This document shows positions 1 to 8,692 of a stretch of DNA of 62,479 nt, in pieces. The notes under the pieces were generated by a model. The model was not told the origin of the DNA, did not search any database, and was given only the letters and a program-made list of their open reading frames with translations. The DNA comes from Promethearchaeota archaeon. GTDB taxonomy: Archaea; Asgardarchaeota; Lokiarchaeia; Sigyniarchaeales; SOKP01. The DNA lies in NCBI GenBank assembly GCA_019058015.1, contig JAHLWH010000024.1, positions 1-62,479 on the forward strand. The letters are read 5' to 3'. Position 1 is the first letter of the stretch, and each line of letters begins with the position of its first letter. Position numbers and translations under genes: made by a program.

Positions 1-1392
1 GCCCAGATCGGTCCTGGAGGTGAGCGGAGAGTGCGATTTGCCTGCATAATTAATGATCTTAGAAATGCCGCGGGACGATCGGGTATGTGTGCTGTTATGG
101 GTTCAAAAAATCTTAAAGCTGTGGCTATTAGAGGTCACCAGAAACCAGACGTGGCTAATAAAGAAATGTTAAAGGAATTGAGAAAATATTTTAACGAGGT
201 TCAATACAAACCTTATGCTGAATCCTTTGCTTTTGGAACTGGTGGTAATTGTATGCAACGATTTGCTTCTACAGGAAATCTTCCAACTCGAAATTTTAGA
301 GACGGAAATTTTTCAAATGCTATAGCATTAGATCCCATAACAATTAAAGAAACAATTGGACTAATTAAAGAATCTTGTTATGCATGTCCAATTCGGTGTA
401 AAAAAGTTGTGCAAATTAATGATCAATGGCATGTAGATCCTCTTTATGGAGGACCTGAATATGAAACACTCGCTTCTTTCGGTTCTAATTGCGGAGTGGA
501 TGATGTTAAAGCCATATGTAAAGCAAACGAAATATGTAACAAATATTCTATAGATACAATTTCTGCTGGTGTTTCTATCAGCTTTGCTATGGAATGTTAC
601 GAGAATGGTCTCTTAACGGATAAAGATACTGGTGGTTTAAAGTTAAATTTTGGTAACGCTAAAGCAATGGTTGAGTTGGTAAAAATGATTAGCAAAAGAG
701 AAGGTTTAGGAAATATATTAGCAGAAGGCGTTAAGAGAGCTGCCGAAAAAATAAATAATGGTGCTCAGAAATATGCTATGCATGTAAAAGGTCAAGAAAT
801 TCCGATGCATGAACCTCGTCTGAAGCGAGCTTTAGGACTTGGTTATGCCGTTTCACCAACAGGTGCAGAACATATGGCTAATTTGCACGATACTGCTCTT
901 ATTAACGAGGAAGATGTTCTTTACTTTTCTTCATTTGGAATTCTTGAACCATTATCCTTAGAGGATTTAGGAGCAAAAAAAGTTCGAGCATTAGTTTATC
1001 AAATTAATTGGCAAGTCTTACTCAATACGCTGTTGATCTGTTATTTCGCACCTTGGAATCATAATCAGAGTACAGAGATTTTAAGAGCAACAACCGGTTG
1101 GAATACTTCGATGTGGGAGTTGATGAAAGTAGGCGAACGAATTACGACAATGGCAAGAGTTTTCAACATTAGAGAAGGTTTCACTAAGAATGATGATTGG
1201 TTGCCTGAAAGATTTTTCCAACCTCAAACTTCAGGAGCTCTATCTAAGTCCGCGGTTGATCCGGAAAAATTTAAGAAAGCGAGGAAAAAATATTACGAAA
1301 TGATGAGTTGGGATGAGAACGGAATTCCAACAAAAACAAAGCTTGAAGAACTAGATATAGGATGGGTTGTCCAATTGCTTCCAAAACGATGA
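1..1392 (+). CDS. aor: Aldehyde:ferredoxin oxidoreductase family (tungstopterin enzyme), C-terminal ~463 aa; 5' end lies outside the window
   Basis: The frame is open from base 1 (AQIGPGGERRVRFACI...). AOR-type motifs are GPEYETLASFGSNCG and CYACPIRCKK, and the C-terminal domain length fits the family. Confidence 0.9.
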   Translation, partial: AQIGPGGERRVRFACIINDLRNAAGRSGMCAVMGSKNLKAVAIRGHQKPDVANKEMLKELRKYFNEVQYKPYAESFAFGTGGNCMQRFASTGNLPTRNFRDGNFSNAIALDPITIKETIGLIKESCYACPIRCKKVVQINDQWHVDPLYGGPEYETLASFGSNCGVDDVKAICKANEICNKYSIDTISAGVSISFAMECYENGLLTDKDTGGLKLNFGNAKAMVELVKMISKREGLGNILAEGVKRAAEKINNGAQKYAMHVKGQEIPMHEPRLKRALGLGYAVSPTGAEHMANLHDTALINEEDVLYFSSFGILEPLSLEDLGAKKVRALVYQINWQVLLNTLLICYFAPWNHNQSTEILRATTGWNTSMWELMKVGERITTMARVFNIREGFTKNDDWLPERFFQPQTSGALSKSAVDPEKFKKARKKYYEMMSWDENGIPTKTKLEELDIGWVVQLLPKR

Positions 1393-1453
1393 TTCATCGT
1401 AAAAATTAGGAAGATTCTATAAATTTTTTAAAGTAGGATTAAAGTGAAATAAA

Positions 1454-2644
1454 ATGCAATCAGAAGAAATTAATAGAAAATTTAAATCAAATATACATAA
1501 ATCATATGTATTTCATTTCATTTTAGGTATACATACAGTTAGGGGCATAGCTGTACCTTATTTCACTATTTGGGGACAGCTTACATTTTTTGAAATAATG
1601 TTATTACAAAGTTATTTTACATTTATGGTTTTTCTTCTTGAAATCCCATCGGGAGCCATTGCGGATTATATGGGGAGAAAACTTGCGTTATCGTTATCTG
1701 CACTCTCTGTAGCATTTGCAGCGATTCTATATAGTATTATCCCCAGTTTTCTATTATTTTTATTAGCAGAGACTTTTTGGGCTCTTAGTTTAGCATTAAT
1801 GTCAGGTACCGAAGAAGCTTTTATATATACTACATTGCAAATGTTGGGTAAAGAAGATAAACTACCAAAAATTTTAGCAAGAAATCGCACAATGTATTTG
1901 ATTGCATTAACCTTGTCTGCTCCGATTGGATCTATTATTGCAGCATTTATTTCATTACAATTTGCTATGACATGTTTGACATTTGTTTATATGGGAGCAT
2001 TTATTACGTCATTGACATTCAAAGAACCTACCTATAAAAATGATTATAAATCAGAAAGGTATTTGGATATAATAAAGGATGGTTTTAGGGAACTTAGAAA
2101 AAATAAAATATTAAGAATTCTATGTTTTGACAGATTATTTATAGAAATTTTAATATATTTTTTATTTTGGACTTATCAGCCTTATCTACAAGAAATTAAT
2201 GTTCATATTTTGTTTTTTGGTCTTATTACTTCTATGATAAATATTATTAATGTAATTTTTATTAATTTAATACCTAAATTTACAAAATGGTTTAAAAGTA
2301 AAATCAAACTTTTAATTTTATTTAATTTAATAACTGGTTTTTCATATATCTTTTTAGGATTAACCACCAATGTATTATTAGGCATTGTGATTATTTTAAT
2401 TATTGTAGCATTTGGTTATCCTAGATATTTATTATATGTAAATGGAATCAACAATCAAGTCGAATCTGAAAATCGGGCAACTGTTCTTAGCACTATTAAT
2501 ATGTTTGGAAGTCTTATCAGAGCAATTGTTTATCCTTTTATTGGAATCATAGTAATGTGGAACATTTTCGCTATTTTTATAATAATCGGAATTTTAATAA
2601 TTATATTCACAATATTTACGCGTGTTAAAAATGATTATCTATAG
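1454..2644 (+). CDS. MFS-type transporter
   Basis: 396 aa and strongly hydrophobic with about 12 predicted helices. The loop motif GAIADYMGRKLAL is MFS-like (G-x-x-x-D-x-x-GR-K). Confidence 0.7.
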   Translation: MQSEEINRKFKSNIHKSYVFHFILGIHTVRGIAVPYFTIWGQLTFFEIMLLQSYFTFMVFLLEIPSGAIADYMGRKLALSLSALSVAFAAILYSIIPSFLLFLLAETFWALSLALMSGTEEAFIYTTLQMLGKEDKLPKILARNRTMYLIALTLSAPIGSIIAAFISLQFAMTCLTFVYMGAFITSLTFKEPTYKNDYKSERYLDIIKDGFRELRKNKILRILCFDRLFIEILIYFLFWTYQPYLQEINVHILFFGLITSMINIINVIFINLIPKFTKWFKSKIKLLILFNLITGFSYIFLGLTTNVLLGIVIILIIVAFGYPRYLLYVNGINNQVESENRATVLSTINMFGSLIRAIVYPFIGIIVMWNIFAIFIIIGILIIIFTIFTRVKNDYL

Positions 2645-2922
2645 ATTTAATATCATTTACACAATACAATTAATTTCATTATAGTTGATAGAGTTAGAAT
2701 ATTTATTTTTTAAGGACCAAATTGAGAAAAAATTAATAAATTTTGTAAAAAAAAATAACATTTCATAAGACAATAAAATATTTTTCAAATCCTAATTATA
2801 CTATAAGGAGTAATATAGCGAAAATCTCAATCATTCATAAGAATAAATTTTTATATAATAAATTGTCTTTATATTATTAAGAAAATTTCCTTAAGTTTTG
2901 ATTAATGAAATAAATCTCGGAG

Positions 2923-3385
2923 ATGTATTCAAATTTCTCTTGATACAAAAAGTTTTGATAAAATCCTTAGTAAAATAATTAAATCTGAAAGTGGAATTAA
3001 AAAAGTAATTCTAGTCGATAGAACGGGTTTAACAATTGCTAGTGTATCAAAATTCTCGTATTTCCCCACCGATGTTGATGGAATTGGTGCTATTGCGAGT
3101 GCAGTATTTTGTGCTTCTGAGGAACAGGGTAAGAACCTTGAATTAGGGCTTTTAGAAATTGTCACTTCCGAATTCGCTAATGGTAAAATATTTGCGAGCT
3201 CCTGTGGGCGCGGGGTTCTAACTTTAATATCGGATCCAGAAGTGAACCTTGGTCTAATTAGATTGATCTTAAAACGAAGTGGGGAGGAATTAAAAGAATT
3301 ATTAGATGAATTTTTAGCAGAGATGCCCTCTGAGATGGATTCTGGGTTGGATTTATCAGATTTGGATGAAATTACTCCAGAATAA
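2923..3385 (+). CDS. Roadblock/LC7 (MglB-like) domain protein with acidic C-terminal tail; start unresolved (needs a +1 shift at 2941 or a non-canonical start)
   Basis: The frame open from 2909 to 3385 encodes SFDKILSKIIKSESGIKKVILVDRTGLTIASVSKFSYFPTDVDGIGAIASAVFCASEEQG...EIVTSEFANGKIFASS, a Roadblock/LC7 pattern. It is missing from the ORF track because there is no in-frame ATG/GTG/TTG before GTG at 3242. An ATG at 2923 lies in the -1 frame relative to the domain frame. Confidence 0.7.
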
Positions 3386-3760
3386 GTCTTTTTCTATTTT
3401 TTATCTTAAAATAGATATAAAGGAAATTAGGTTTAAATGTTAATTTTAGCATAAAAAATTTTTAGTTGCATTTCAATTTAATTTTCTTTCAAAGATTTTA
3501 ACCCTTTAATTTTATCTAAAACCATATAAAGCATTGAAAAGTATCGTAATTGAATATTCTTGGCTAATTTATACTATTTTTGGTTTTAAAAAGTCTTACA
3601 AATAGAGTTTATGATCGGAACCGTAACATTTTTATTAAGGAACCTAGTTATATTCAATTGTGAAAAAGAAAATAACGGATTATTTCAGAAATAGTTATCG
3701 TGTTTGCTCACATATATAACTACATTCTTTTTCCAAATTTAATTTAGTGGTATAAAAGAA

Positions 3761-3776
3761 TATATATATATATATT
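3761..3776. repeat. (TA)8 microsatellite in an intergenic region
   Basis: Direct reading gives tatatatatatatata. Confidence 0.9.
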
Positions 3777-3852
3777 ATTATTATCGGTTAAAGGTCAATT
3801 ACTGATAATTTAAAATGGACATAATGAAATTGTAAAAAGATAGTGAATTTCA

Positions 3853-5217
3853 TTGAAAAATTCTAAAGATTATAATGATTCAGAAAGGTTTGGGGATAGC
3901 ACCTTAGAACAGGTGTTCATATTAATCAAAAAGGGAATTGAATTAGTTGATTTAAATAGATTCATTGAAGGTATCAACTATTATAAAAATGCAATTAAAT
4001 TAATGAAGAACATTGGTGGTTTTGAAAATGAGGTTGAAAAGATTGAAAAACTATTGGATGAAGTATGCAATAAGCAGGAACAATATCTTCAAAAAGTAGA
4101 ACAAGAAAGTAGAGTTATTGAAAAAGTAATTTTAACAAAAGAAGAACAATTGGCTGAGTTTGAGAGAAAACGAAAAAAAGAAGAAGCGATAAGTGCAGAA
4201 GCATATAATCTCTTAGAAAAAGGGTCAATTTTAGTTCAATTCAATCGATTTGATCAGGCTCTGGAGAAATATATGTTAGCAATTGAAAAATTTAAAGAAA
4301 TCAATTGGTTAACTGAAATTCCTAAAATTCATATATTGATTAAAGAATTAAACGAAAAAAAAGAGGTCATTTTAAGACAACGGGAAGTGAAAATGAAAGA
4401 TGAAAAGCTGAAGAGAGAGATAGTAGAAAATGAGAGAAAATTTCTCATGCAACGTCAAGATTTCCAAAAAATGTCTGCAGAAATGAAGAAGCATAAATTT
4501 GATATTTTTCAGCAACAAAAGAAAAAAGAAGAAAAATTAAGTTCAGAAGCGTATGATTTATTAGGTGAAGCATCTAAACTCGAGGAACAGCATCGATTTG
4601 ATGAAGCTCTAGAGAAATATCAACTCGCAATTGAAAATTTTAAAGAAATCAACTGGGTAAGTGAAATTCCTAAGATAAATCAATTAATTAAGGAATTAAA
4701 TGAAAAAAAAGAGGTTATTTTAAGACAACGGGAAGCGAAAATGAAAGAGGAAAAGCTGAGGAAAGATATATTAGAAAAAGGGAAAGAAATCCTCTTACAA
4801 CGTCAAGTTTTCCAAAAAATATCTTCAGATATGAAGAAGGTTAAATTTAATGCTTTTCAGCAACAAAAGATGAGAGAAGAAAAAATAAGTTCAGAAGCAT
4901 ACGATTTATTAGGTGAAGCATCTAATCTCGAAGAAAAAAACCAATTTAATGAAGCTTTGGAAAAATATCAACATGCAATTGAAAAATTTAAAGAAATCAA
5001 TTGGTTAACTGAAATTCCTAAGATAAATCAATTAATTAAGGAATTAAAAATTAAACAAAAAAAATATTTAGAATTCTTCATAAAAGAGAAGGAGGAAATT
5101 TTACAATTAAAAGCTCAACAGGAAAAATCTAAAGAAATTGAACTAATTAAAGAAGAATTTCTTCAAAAAACCTTTATTGATAAGGAAAAAAAATTAAAAG
5201 AATTAAAAAAAGAATAG
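3853..5217 (+). CDS. Lys/Glu-rich coiled-coil protein with internal 116-aa tandem repeats (TPR/MIT-like helical hairpin plus coiled coil)
   Basis: 454 aa with a TTG start. The block S(A/S)EAY(N/D)LL...F(D/N)(Q/E)ALEKY..AIE.FKEINW..EIPKI..LIKEL recurs three times. Confidence 0.6.
   Translation: MKNSKDYNDSERFGDSTLEQVFILIKKGIELVDLNRFIEGINYYKNAIKLMKNIGGFENEVEKIEKLLDEVCNKQEQYLQKVEQESRVIEKVILTKEEQLAEFERKRKKEEAISAEAYNLLEKGSILVQFNRFDQALEKYMLAIEKFKEINWLTEIPKIHILIKELNEKKEVILRQREVKMKDEKLKREIVENERKFLMQRQDFQKMSAEMKKHKFDIFQQQKKKEEKLSSEAYDLLGEASKLEEQHRFDEALEKYQLAIENFKEINWVSEIPKINQLIKELNEKKEVILRQREAKMKEEKLRKDILEKGKEILLQRQVFQKISSDMKKVKFNAFQQQKMREEKISSEAYDLLGEASNLEEKNQFNEALEKYQHAIEKFKEINWLTEIPKINQLIKELKIKQKKYLEFFIKEKEEILQLKAQQEKSKEIELIKEEFLQKTFIDKEKKLKELKKE
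4192..5046 (+). repeat. In-frame tandem repeat, 348 bp period, about 2.5 copies
   Basis: Unit starts (agt tca/gca gaa gc. ta.) fall at 4192, 4540 and 4888, exactly 348 nt apart. Confidence 0.85.
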
Positions 5218-5230
5218 GTAAGTGTAAATC

Positions 5231-5254
5231 TCTTTTTTTTCTCTTATTTTCTTT
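5231..5254 (+). terminator. Oligo-T tract downstream of the repeat-protein gene (archaeal-type terminator candidate)
   Basis: A T8 run (5233-5240) followed by further T-rich sequence, 14 nt after the stop, between convergent genes. Confidence 0.35.
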
Positions 5255-5346
5255 GTACGATCTAAACCAAATAAGTAATTTAAAAATAAATAGTATTTTA
5301 AATTCTCAAATTCAAAATTTTTAATTGATTATGAATTCAAAATGAA

Positions 5347-6906
5347 TTATTGAAATATTTGAGAGATTATATGTGTTGCTTGGTTAATATCATTAGTGGG
5401 ATAGCTATTGCTAAGGACTGAATTAAAAAGCTCATGATCTTCAATATTGAAATATTTATATCCAAATTTATTCCATTTTGCATCATTTTTAAGAGGAGTG
5501 ATGATTGCAAGTTGGTTTTGAAGTAAATTCATGAACAATAAATTTGCAATTTTATTTGGTGATGTTTTAGATATCGTTTTCAACAGTGCTTCATTATTAT
5601 AATTTTCAAAAGATTCTTTAAATTGGAAGCAAAGCTTAGAAATATCGATTTTATTATCAGATAATAGTTTGGCGATTATTTTTGTGCCAATGTTTAATGG
5701 TACATTATCTTGAGGGGGTGATTGGACCAATTGGATATTTGGTATAAGAGTCGATTTAACCATTACATTATTTTTCTCCATTTGAGGTAAATTATATTCT
5801 GGTAGAAGTTTAATAAGGTTCAATCCTAGAATATTTTTGACATCATTTAAGGTTCCGCCAGAATCAAAAAATTGTTTATTGATAATATAAATTATTAATT
5901 TCTCAGCGTGGACATCCCCAAAATATGGATAATCAGAGCCATAAAGTAAAAATTCAGACCATTTTTTTCCTGTGATTTTTTCTTTATTGTTTTTAATATA
6001 CCAATTTCTAAAACTTGCAAAGAAATTTCCCGCTCCTGAACCATGAAGCATTGATAATTCTCCAACTGTATTTGGTTGTATTATTGCATCATAAACTTCA
6101 TAATCATCAACGTTCCCTTGTGCACAATGACCTATTATTACCTTAAAATGAAGTAACAATTCTGGATTTGATTTTTGAATTATATTGCGTGTATTAATTA
6201 TAAGATCTCGAATATCTAAAATTGTTTTTCGCCCTCTAGTATCAAAAAGAACAGGCATCGAATGCTTTGCGGCTTCAATTAATACATTAATTGGCTTTTG
6301 TGTATTCACATGATCAATCCAACCTTCAGATCGAGGATGCAATTTTAAACCTCTTAGACCTAAAACTTCATTACCATATTTAACTTCATTTACAGCTTTT
6401 TCTCCTTCCATAGGATCAACGCGACAATATCCTATCAATTTAAATGAAAATGGAAATCGTGTTGTGAATCTTGATACATTAATATTACTTGCGCGATATA
6501 AGGCTTCTGGGCGTTTATCTCTAAAAGTATCTTGAAAGGGAAAAACTACAGCTTGATCAATAAATGTTGAATAGCTTATTTTTTCATTTATATCCGAAAA
6601 ATTTCCATTTAATGCTTGTAAATTTTCAAAAATTTTTGTAATGAATGGTATGGGTGTAAAATCGAAGGTTAATTTTACTGATTCACCATCCATTGTAGTT
6701 TGGAAAGATTTTTCTCCTGTTTTATTCCATTCTTCAATTAATTTTGTTTGTACATTTGCCCAGAAATCAAAAGTTCCAGAACCAGGAGCAAAAGGATTCA
6801 TCATTGTAGCGCCATCTACATCTTCGCCAAGATGTGAATGTGCATCTATAACAAATAAATTTTTTGTATGTGTTCTTTTTTTGCTTTCAATTTTAACAGT
6901 TAACAT
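5347..6906 (-). CDS. Metal-dependent amidohydrolase-fold (TIM-barrel) hydrolase with a ~150 aa C-terminal extension
   Basis: N-terminal VIDAHSHLGEDVDG (HxH metal site), and later GHCAQG and GSDYPYF, are typical of amidohydrolase_2-like enzymes. Confidence 0.6.
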   Translation of the reverse strand: MLTVKIESKKRTHTKNLFVIDAHSHLGEDVDGATMMNPFAPGSGTFDFWANVQTKLIEEWNKTGEKSFQTTMDGESVKLTFDFTPIPFITKIFENLQALNGNFSDINEKISYSTFIDQAVVFPFQDTFRDKRPEALYRASNINVSRFTTRFPFSFKLIGYCRVDPMEGEKAVNEVKYGNEVLGLRGLKLHPRSEGWIDHVNTQKPINVLIEAAKHSMPVLFDTRGRKTILDIRDLIINTRNIIQKSNPELLLHFKVIIGHCAQGNVDDYEVYDAIIQPNTVGELSMLHGSGAGNFFASFRNWYIKNNKEKITGKKWSEFLLYGSDYPYFGDVHAEKLIIYIINKQFFDSGGTLNDVKNILGLNLIKLLPEYNLPQMEKNNVMVKSTLIPNIQLVQSPPQDNVPLNIGTKIIAKLLSDNKIDISKLCFQFKESFENYNNEALLKTISKTSPNKIANLLFMNLLQNQLAIITPLKNDAKWNKFGYKYFNIEDHELFNSVLSNSYPTNDINQATHIISQIFQ

Positions 6907-6925
6907 TTTTAAAGATACCTAATAT

Positions 6926-8677
6926 TTATTCTCTCATTTCTTTCGGTAGAATTAAAGTTCCCGTTAAAGGCTGATTTAAGGGATCTTGACAATATTCAAT
7001 TGTAAAATAGATTAAATCTTCAAGAACATCTGGAAATTGGTCATTATCTATTTTATACTGAAAAAGACTTAATTGATATTCTGCTTCGGTTATTGGGGGT
7101 TCAGCATATGAAACATTTCCAAAAACTGATTGTAAGAGTGGCTTTAAAAATGGAGAATATAAAAAACCCAATTCTTCCAATTCTGGTTTAAGATATATGA
7201 ACATCCTTTGAACTGCTTGAAACATATAGCGATTAGGATTATCATCAGGTCCAAGATATGCTTCAGCAAATTCAGGATCATATTCTACTAGTGTTTCTTT
7301 TGTTAGATTTATTGGTTTAAATAGAGCGATTAACCCTCTGTTAATTACGCTCGCACGATTAAAGGCAAGAGTTTCAGAACCTGCATCTGGAACCCATTGT
7401 TTGTTTTGATACAATTTTCTAGCTTTATAACATAGTGCTTGAACAAGTAATCCTAATCCAATTCTTCGACAAATTGAAATCTGGGCATCCATTGCTCTTA
7501 TTTCAATAGTTCCCCAATCAGTAAATGGAAAAATATCTTGAAATCGTCCATCTTCTCTACTAGCTTTATTAACTACTTGCAGAAAGTAATTAAGCCCATT
7601 TTCACCACCTTCACTAAGATAAGGCATAAAAAATTTGGGATCGCTACTGGACAACATAGTTAAATTATATTTTAATCTTAAAGAACGAACACAGTTAGGA
7701 GCAGTTATTCTATTATTGATTATTTTGATAACATCTGTAGGCCTATTATTCATAATAGGGGAATTAGTTGATAATGCAATAAGATGAGGTATGAAATTTC
7801 TTATCATACAATAAGCTTGCATTTTTTCTAATTCGGAACTAAAATCACCTAAATGATGATGATCTGCTTGCGATAAACCTCTTTGATACTCTTTTGATGT
7901 AGGATTTATAGCAGAAGCTACTATATGCAAATCTCTGGGAAGTGTTTTTTTTGCCAATAAAAATAATGTTGAGGACCAGTAAGCTAATTCTTCGACGTAT
8001 TCACAGGGGGGAGTGACTAATTCTAAAATATAAGTAATGGCAGTAACATTTCCATCTCTTCCAAAACTATCAATATTTAATTCGGTTCCTTGAAGATTAT
8101 ATGAAATATTCATTACATACCCTTTTTCGATATCATCCTTTCCAAAGGGAGCTTGCATGATTTTCCCTCGAATATAATCAGGCATTGGTAAAAAATCCTC
8201 TCGCCCCTCATAGATAATCTCATTCATTATTTTTATAGATTCTTTAACAATTTCTTTCATTCTAAAAACCATTTCATCACCAGGAGGATAATTCCCATCA
8301 TCATCACAGATTATAAGCTCCATCTCTATCCCATGTGTAAAAGGGAGTGGCGTCCAATTACTTATATCTGCAAGCATTTCACCCCATGGGATCTCTGGAA
8401 GAATAACTTCTTGATAATCCGTTCCAACAGATAATTTATCTTTTTTTTCAACTTTAGAGCCAAATGTTGCACGTTTAACTTTAAAAATGCTTTTTGCATC
8501 AACATGCTTTTTTCCTTTTTTAAAATCTGAGAAAGATGCTATATTGGCTAGAAATAGAGGATTTGAGTCAGAAATATCTCTTTTTTCTGCCCTTCCACTA
8601 AGAGCTGAAAATAATCCAGCACTTGAGGGTCCTTCATCTTCTTTCTTTTTCTTTTTCTCTTTTTTCCCTTTTGCCAT
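6926..8677 (-). CDS. Carboxylate-amine ligase of the glutamate-cysteine ligase family 2 (YbdK/GCS2-like) with a Lys-rich disordered N-terminus
   Basis: HGIEMELIICDDDG and GTIEIRAMDAQ resemble GCS2 signature blocks. The N-terminus is MAKGKKEKKKKKEDEG. Confidence 0.55.
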   Translation of the reverse strand: MAKGKKEKKKKKEDEGPSSAGLFSALSGRAEKRDISDSNPLFLANIASFSDFKKGKKHVDAKSIFKVKRATFGSKVEKKDKLSVGTDYQEVILPEIPWGEMLADISNWTPLPFTHGIEMELIICDDDGNYPPGDEMVFRMKEIVKESIKIMNEIIYEGREDFLPMPDYIRGKIMQAPFGKDDIEKGYVMNISYNLQGTELNIDSFGRDGNVTAITYILELVTPPCEYVEELAYWSSTLFLLAKKTLPRDLHIVASAINPTSKEYQRGLSQADHHHLGDFSSELEKMQAYCMIRNFIPHLIALSTNSPIMNNRPTDVIKIINNRITAPNCVRSLRLKYNLTMLSSSDPKFFMPYLSEGGENGLNYFLQVVNKASREDGRFQDIFPFTDWGTIEIRAMDAQISICRRIGLGLLVQALCYKARKLYQNKQWVPDAGSETLAFNRASVINRGLIALFKPINLTKETLVEYDPEFAEAYLGPDDNPNRYMFQAVQRMFIYLKPELEELGFLYSPFLKPLLQSVFGNVSYAEPPITEAEYQLSLFQYKIDNDQFPDVLEDLIYFTIEYCQDPLNQPLTGTLILPKEMRE

Positions 8678-8692
8678 TTTTTTATTACACCT

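Noticed and set aside
1666-1890. Many 60-115 aa ORFs lie antisense or out of frame within larger genes. Examples are 1666-1890, 2203-2385, 2929-3165, 6641-6922, 8487-8732, 13947-14162, 14745-15089, 16911-17159, 20121-20342, 21351-21831, 27083-27343, 36386-36625, 42875-43216, 49344-49694, 50329-50666, 56218-56460 and 61062-61298.
   Set aside because: Each is fully embedded in a longer ORF with clear family motifs on the other strand or frame. Their compositions are typical of shadow ORFs in AT-rich DNA.
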